A DNA stretch of 64,000 nt, from positions 1 through 64,000 of IMG/VR virus record IMGVR_UViG_3300025593_000028, one strand, 5' to 3'. Shown here piece after piece: positions 59,023 to 64,000 of the stretch. This DNA comes from a virus. Position numbers and translations under genes: made by a program. Numbering within the stretch: position 1 is the stretch's first letter; the number at the start of each line of letters is the position of its first letter. Under the pieces are notes generated by a model. The model made no database searches and was not told the DNA's origin. It was given only the letters and a program-made list of their open reading frames with translations.

Positions 59023-59192
59023 TCTGACTCCTTCTCCCTCAGTCTTTCTAGGTTCTCGAGCACGGCTTCTCGCGCGGCCTTTGCGGCCATGTCTTCTACG
59101 ATCTGCCTCAGCAGTGCATCGTCCACGTCGTAGAGCAGCTGCTTACTGATCGGTATCGTGATTTCCGGTATGCGTATTGATACGTGCTCCAC
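59019..59192 (-). CDS. hypothetical protein
   Basis: VEHVSIRIPEITIP...; fills the gap with coupled ends. Confidence 0.5.
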   Translation of the reverse strand: MEHVSIRIPEITIPISKQLLYDVDDALLRQIVEDMAAKAAREAVLENLERLREKESE

Positions 59193-59194
59193 CG

Positions 59195-60163
59195 CTACTT
59201 CGCTACCTCCACAGGTAGCCCTGCAGCGCGTCGGTAGCGCGCAAGCGGGTCGCCGACTTCGAAGAAGTCCTGGATCATCGGCTCGGGGTCCTGCCCGTCA
59301 TCGAGCCGGCCCGGCAGGCAGACGTCGCGGAACTCGCATTCCCACCGGCAGTCTCGGGTGGGGTTCGGCGGGCACAGCTCGTGATGGCTCGCGCCGCCGT
59401 CGAGCTCGGCGCGGGTCGCGATGATCTCGGTCGCGATCCTGTGAACGTGCTTCCAGTGGTTGCGCAGCTCCTCCACGGTGTGCGTGACCTCGTGCCGTTC
59501 GTAGAACGGCGGCTTGGCTCGAGCAGTGCGTTTGACCTTCCGCAGCATGTTGTAGAGGATGAACTCGGCCCTGGTGCCCTCGCCCTCGTGCTCGAGCAGG
59601 TGCAGGTACTCGACCAGGTGCTCGGTCAGTAGCTGCGTGTCGACCTGCAGCGTCGGGAGCGCTTCTTTGAAGGATCCACCCACGGTCTTGTGCTCGAGCG
59701 CGCCGCGCTTTCCGTCTGAGACGCGCTCGACGCGCGCGTCGATCTTCGAGAGCAGCGTGGCTTCGACCGTCCCCGACCCGTCGTCCGCGACGACCAGCGG
59801 AGCCTCCATCTCGGACTCGGGCTCGACGACGCGTATGTCTGAGTCCTCGCCCTCCTCCTCCAGCCACTGGAGGTAGCCCTCCAGCATAGCACGGCAGAGG
59901 TCTGCTTCCTTGCGGATGTCGTCCTCCATCGCTGGGTGCTCCGAGACGTCCTCCTCGACTCCGGCCTCGAAGTGCGCCATCGGGTCGGGCCGCTCGAGCC
60001 CGGGTACGTAGTAGTGCTGCAGCGTGTCGTGCATCCGCGTACCGATCGACAGTGGATTGTCGAATTCGATCCCGCGCTTCTGCAGCCCGCGGTACGTGCC
60101 GAGGTACCACTTGCGCCGGCACCTGCGCCACTGCTTCGCCTCGCTGTTGGTGAGGCGGATCAC
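59195..60163 (-). CDS. PD-(D/E)XK exonuclease (RecB/Cas4-like, four Cys)
   Basis: CRRKW, GTRMH, KIDARV...LEHKT, Q, CRWECEFRDVC. Confidence 0.85.
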   Translation of the reverse strand: MIRLTNSEAKQWRRCRRKWYLGTYRGLQKRGIEFDNPLSIGTRMHDTLQHYYVPGLERPDPMAHFEAGVEEDVSEHPAMEDDIRKEADLCRAMLEGYLQWLEEEGEDSDIRVVEPESEMEAPLVVADDGSGTVEATLLSKIDARVERVSDGKRGALEHKTVGGSFKEALPTLQVDTQLLTEHLVEYLHLLEHEGEGTRAEFILYNMLRKVKRTARAKPPFYERHEVTHTVEELRNHWKHVHRIATEIIATRAELDGGASHHELCPPNPTRDCRWECEFRDVCLPGRLDDGQDPEPMIQDFFEVGDPLARYRRAAGLPVEVAK

Positions 60164-60408
60164 GTCGTGCTCGCGTCCTGCTTGATCCTCTGTGCCACCA
60201 GCAGCATCCACAACGACGCGAGCACCGCGGTGCTCGCGGCCGAGAACCACAGGCTCAGCGACACGTACGGCACCACGAACGCCGCGAGGATCGACCCGGT
60301 CATGGCGCTAGTGCGCACGTCTGGCTTCTCCGCCCCGAGCACGGACGGCAGCAGCGCCACCGAGAACCCGATCGACCCGAGGGTGAATATGACGTCCTGC
60401 CAGCTCAC
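60160..60408 (-). CDS. 3-TM membrane protein (PQ-loop/SemiSWEET-like size)
   Basis: Three hydrophobic helices; ALLPSV. Confidence 0.55.
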   Translation of the reverse strand: MSWQDVIFTLGSIGFSVALLPSVLGAEKPDVRTSAMTGSILAAFVVPYVSLSLWFSAASTAVLASLWMLLVAQRIKQDASTT

Positions 60409-61012
60409 TTCTGCTCGGAGAGCTTCGCGAGCTCCTCGGCCTCAGCTGGCGAGGCCACGTGCACGCTCTCGCTTAGCAGCGCTTGACCGATGTCCTTCGC
60501 GTGCTCTGCGTCCATCGGGATCACGTGCTCAGTCGCCGTGCCCGGATCGAGCATGTGGATCCGCTTGGATCCCTTCTCTCCAGCGAGCACGCCGATGATG
60601 ACGCCTCGGTACTCTACACGCTTCGTGACCGGAGCGCCGGGGATCCCCCCGACCTCCTGTTGGCCTTGCTCCTCGCTCACAGTTCCACCCCCAGATGGTC
60701 TACGGCACGGGCGAGCGCGATGCGAAGCCCGAGCTTCTTGTTGAAGTTGTCTTTCTCCGAGCAGTCCGCCACGCCGGTGGACCCGTAGTTCCCTCCCGGT
60801 CCCTCCAAGCGCACGACCGTCTTGCCACCTGTTGGAAGCAGGCTAACCCGCTTAGCGTACAGTCCCGCTTCTCCTCCGTAAGGAAACATCTTCTTGAGCT
60901 CGTCAAGCTCCCACTTGGCGTACAGGCCGCCGTCACTTGCGCGACGTAGGTGCTGCACGCGCACCGTGTACCCGCGCCTTCGCAGCTCTACTATCTTCTC
61001 GCTAGGACTCAC
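60405..61012 (-). other. two hypothetical ORFs (60405-60680; 60677-61012 with CSxxDNFNKKLGLRIA motif)
   Basis: Coupled overlaps; the motif is common in phage proteins. Confidence 0.6.
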
Positions 61013-61293
61013 AGCTCGTCATCTCCCTCCAGCACCGCGTCGAGCAGCGCGTATCCTACTACGTCCACCGCGGTGTCTCGCTTGTAACCCTCTGCTCCTC
61101 TGATCGCCTTCAATAGTACCATGAGCATGGTCACGTCGTGCGGGGTGATCGGGTCGTCGTCGATCGACCGGCCCGCCAGGTACGCGTTCCACGCGTCTGC
61201 CAGCCTCTGAAAGTTCACCCTCGGGTGGCCGTAATCCTCCTGGCGCTGTCCGCGGATCAGCTTTTCTGCCTCTTGTCCTACCGTATCCCCCAT
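61009..61293 (-). CDS. DUF6378-like protein
   Basis: RQEDYGHP..NF.RLA..W..YL...LLK..R......D...D..GYA. Confidence 0.75.
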   Translation of the reverse strand: MGDTVGQEAEKLIRGQRQEDYGHPRVNFQRLADAWNAYLAGRSIDDDPITPHDVTMLMVLLKAIRGAEGYKRDTAVDVVGYALLDAVLEGDDEL

Positions 61294-61298
61294 CAGTG

Positions 61299-61877
61299 CT
61301 ACCCTACGCCGTCCACCCCGAGGAAGCCGGCACGCCCGAGGAACAGGTCTTTCGGCGTGCCCTGGAAGCGGAGGGAGGTGCGCACGGCGACCCCGTCCGG
61401 GAGCTTGCCGAGCTCGTCGAGATCTCGAGTCAGCCCCTCCGACGGCATCAGGAGGCGGGCCTCGGCTACGAGCGCTCGGTTGTCTGCTTCCTTCACGGTC
61501 TCGTGCGATAGAGCCCCGAGGTCGATGTTTAGGCTTTCGAAGATCACTTCGTCTGCGGCCTCGGCGAGTCGCTCGTACTCCGGTCCGATCTGGCTCTTGA
61601 GCGGCTTTGGCAGGTCTCCCAGGTACGCCTCGTGGGCGTCGTGGAACAGCCCCGCGACGACTACGTCTAGGTCTTGGTCCCACGCTTCGAGGATCTCGCT
61701 CACGAGCACGCAGTGCTGCGCGACCGAGTAGAACTTCGAGGTGTGGCCGCCGAACCGGCACGTGTTGCCCAGCCCGTGCGCGACGTCTGCTAGGCAGACC
61801 TGGCTCGGCTTCGGGTCCGCGTAGTCGTAGATCAACCCCGACGCAGTCTCGATCCTAGTCTCCCCGAACCAAGTCAT
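61299..61877 (-). CDS. HD-domain (YfbR-like) deoxynucleotide hydrolase
   Basis: DVAHGLGNTCRFGGH...YSVAQH...LFHDAHEAYLGD...VKEAD. Confidence 0.88.
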   Translation of the reverse strand: MTWFGETRIETASGLIYDYADPKPSQVCLADVAHGLGNTCRFGGHTSKFYSVAQHCVLVSEILEAWDQDLDVVVAGLFHDAHEAYLGDLPKPLKSQIGPEYERLAEAADEVIFESLNIDLGALSHETVKEADNRALVAEARLLMPSEGLTRDLDELGKLPDGVAVRTSLRFQGTPKDLFLGRAGFLGVDGVG

Positions 61878-63583
61878 CCTCCGAGCCACCTCCGCATCGT
61901 GTCCTCGTCCCGGACGATCTCCTCCAGGAGCTCTAGCTTCGTGCCGTACGTATCGAGCACGTCTTTGTCCACCGTATCGGCGGCTACGATGTCTATCGTC
62001 AGGAGCCGCCCCTCTCGCCCGGGCCGCTGGGCGCGCTCTTCGGACTGCGCGTTCTTGACCGCAGACCACGAGCGCTCGAGGTACACCTGCGCGTCGGCGC
62101 GCGAGAGGTTGATGCCCTCCGCTCCGGCTCCGAAGGTGACGAGCAGCACCTGCAGGTCTCCGTCCTGGAAAGCGGCGCGATTGCGCTCCCGCTGCGCGGG
62201 ATCGACGGTGCCGGTGAACTGCCCGCAGGACACGCCGATCTTCTCGAGCCGGGCGGCAGCGAGCTCGATCAGCTGGCGGCTCTCGGCGAAGACCACGATC
62301 TTGTCGTCCCCCAGCTCTTCGACCACGTCCACGAGGTCGTCGACCTTGCTCGACGGCTCTTTGAGTTCTACGTTACCGTCGTCGTCGATCTTCCCAGTCG
62401 CGCCTGCGAGCTGGCGCAGACGGCCCATGCGCTGCATGGGGTTCGACGCCATCAGCACCCCGCCTTCCAGCTCTACCAGCATCTCTTTCCTGAGCGAGTC
62501 GTACGCTTTGCGCTGCTTCGGCGCTAGGTCGACGACCCTCGTGGTGGGAGGCAGCTTGTCGGGCAGCTGCGGCAGGATGAGCTTCTTAGGCCGCCTGATC
62601 AACCTCGGGTCGAGGAAGCGAAAGAGCTCGTCCCTGGTGTCCCCGCGCAGCCCTACGACCTCCATGCGGCCGAACGGATTCCAGCGCATGAGGCCGTAGC
62701 GCTCGACCCACTTCGTCTTAGACGGGTACTCGTCCGGGGCCACGAAGCGCATGACCGCCCACAGGTCCTCCGGCGTGTTGGCCACCGGGCTGCCGGTCAG
62801 CGCAAACCTGTACGTGGCCTTGTCGCCCACCGCCCAGAGCGCTCTTGTCTGCTGCGCCTTCGGCGACTTGGCTCGGTGCGCCTCGTCGGCGATCACCGTC
62901 TTGAGCCCCATCTCGTTGAGCTCCTTTAGCTCCTTCTCCTTGTCCTTGAGCCGGATCGAGCCGTAGCCAGCGAGGCGGCTGTGTAGTTTGAGCGCCTCCC
63001 AGTTGATGACGTACACCTGGGCCTCCGCGGCGAGCGCCTCGCGGCGCTTCTTCGCGCTACCGGCGACGACTGAGACGTCGACCCCTGGCCACCAGGTAGC
63101 GAACTCGTTGCGCCAGTGCGGCTTGACGCTGTTCGGCGCGACCACCAGCGCGGGGAACGGGTCGTCTAGGCGCTTGAGCGCGCATATCGTCATCGGCGTC
63201 TTGCCCGCGCCCATCGGGTCGCAGTTGAGTGCTTGGCGCGCGGTGCTCATGAAGCCCACGCCCGACCTCTGCAGCGGCGAGAGCCTCGGCTCGTCTACGT
63301 CTGGGCAGTCTCCGGCGTCCCTCAGCGCCATGCACGGCGTCACGCGGAGCTCGAGCACCTGCCGCGCGAGCCCCTCTAGCTCTGGCTCGATCACGAGCCT
63401 GTCGCCGAACACGCCTCGCAGCTGCTGCATCGCGGCCCACGACAGCGGGGCGACCCAGGTGCGCTCCGCTTGGTTCCACGTCGCGCCGGGTACGCCGTCG
63501 CGTACGTTCTCCTTGTCCTGGTAGCCGGCGCCGACCTCGATCTTCTGGTCGTCGCGCAGTCCAACGTGTACCGGCTCGTTCAC
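61874..63583 (-). CDS. SNF2-family helicase
   Basis: DPMGAGKT, IADEAH, LTGSP, EGINL, QSEERAQRPG. Confidence 0.92.
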   Translation of the reverse strand: MNEPVHVGLRDDQKIEVGAGYQDKENVRDGVPGATWNQAERTWVAPLSWAAMQQLRGVFGDRLVIEPELEGLARQVLELRVTPCMALRDAGDCPDVDEPRLSPLQRSGVGFMSTARQALNCDPMGAGKTPMTICALKRLDDPFPALVVAPNSVKPHWRNEFATWWPGVDVSVVAGSAKKRREALAAEAQVYVINWEALKLHSRLAGYGSIRLKDKEKELKELNEMGLKTVIADEAHRAKSPKAQQTRALWAVGDKATYRFALTGSPVANTPEDLWAVMRFVAPDEYPSKTKWVERYGLMRWNPFGRMEVVGLRGDTRDELFRFLDPRLIRRPKKLILPQLPDKLPPTTRVVDLAPKQRKAYDSLRKEMLVELEGGVLMASNPMQRMGRLRQLAGATGKIDDDGNVELKEPSSKVDDLVDVVEELGDDKIVVFAESRQLIELAAARLEKIGVSCGQFTGTVDPAQRERNRAAFQDGDLQVLLVTFGAGAEGINLSRADAQVYLERSWSAVKNAQSEERAQRPGREGRLLTIDIVAADTVDKDVLDTYGTKLELLEEIVRDEDTMRRWLGG

Positions 63584-64000
63584 TCGCCGTCCCCTTCCAT
63601 CGCAGACATCCTACGGGCTACCAAGCTGCGAAAGTCGGAATCGTGCTGGCACAGGTACAGCAGCAGGTGGCGGCTCGCATCGCGGGCGTGGTCGGTGCCC
63701 ACGGTCCACCACCCCATCGCACGAAGCTTGTCGTCGTTCGAGAAGCCCTTGGCCTCGGCGGGGGTCTGCTTGTTCGAGAACTCGAGGCCGTGCTCGCGGC
63801 ACAGGTGCCGCAGGTAGCCGACCTGCTCGACGGAGGAGAGCACCTGCTCCCCCTTCCTGATCGTGTGCTGCGTGATCGTGATGCGCTCGACGACCACCGC
63901 TCCGCCGAAGCCCGACCGAAGCGCCTCTCGCGCCCAGTCCATGGCCTCATCTTCGGGCGCGTCCCACGCGCTGTGCTCGCCATCCCTCCAGAGCGCGAGC
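63580..64000 (-). CDS. RuvC-like Holliday junction resolvase, 5' partial
   Basis: VVVERI...EQVGYL...QTPAEAK...HARDASRH; frame continues past the window end. Confidence 0.6.
   Translation of the reverse strand, partial: LALWRDGEHSAWDAPEDEAMDWAREALRSGFGGAVVVERITITQHTIRKGEQVLSSVEQVGYLRHLCREHGLEFSNKQTPAEAKGFSNDDKLRAMGWWTVGTDHARDASRHLLLYLCQHDSDFRSLVARRMSAMEGDGE

Noticed and set aside
61299-61877. DatZ / Z-genome pathway
   Set aside because: An HD hydrolase and a MazG-like gene are present but no PurZ is visible; a YfbR-like assignment is sufficient

Overview
This 64 kb window is most of a high-GC tailed dsDNA phage genome. The 2133-aa tape measure, Dit and absence of a sheath indicate a siphovirus. 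An Actinomycetota host is inferred from the GC-rich codon usage, TANNNT-only leaderless promoters and M15 endolysin. Layout: (i) 1-18.6 kb, minus-strand early/accessory arm of about 50 small ORFs (matrixin protease, SLOG, BCS1-like AAA+, nucleotidyltransferase, GNAT, two HADs, metallophosphoesterase, papain-like protease), with a repeat-rich non-coding origin candidate and repeated extended -10 promoters. (ii) 18.7-52.1 kb, mostly plus-strand late arm: terminase, an RNA cluster, a DNA-hypermodification-like cassette, PBSX/XkdF-type head genes, tail genes, holin and two endolysins, then a displaced portal and MuF gene. (iii) 52.1-64 kb, minus-strand DNA-metabolism arm: Dcm-like enzyme, dUTPase/MazG, SSB-like protein, Sak4, small tyrosine recombinase, tRNAs, PD-(D/E)XK nuclease, HD hydrolase, SNF2 helicase and a RuvC-like gene. 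Best candidates for new biology: a 73-nt tmRNA-like RNA with the alanyl tRNA-like domain but no tag ORF; a Dcm homologue with a natural motif-X Asn-to-Lys change, the substitution that converts engineered C5-MTases into carboxymethyltransferases; and an amino-acid:DNA-transferase + CX5R phosphatase + P-loop kinase cassette. All calls are from motif recognition by eye; no database searches were run.
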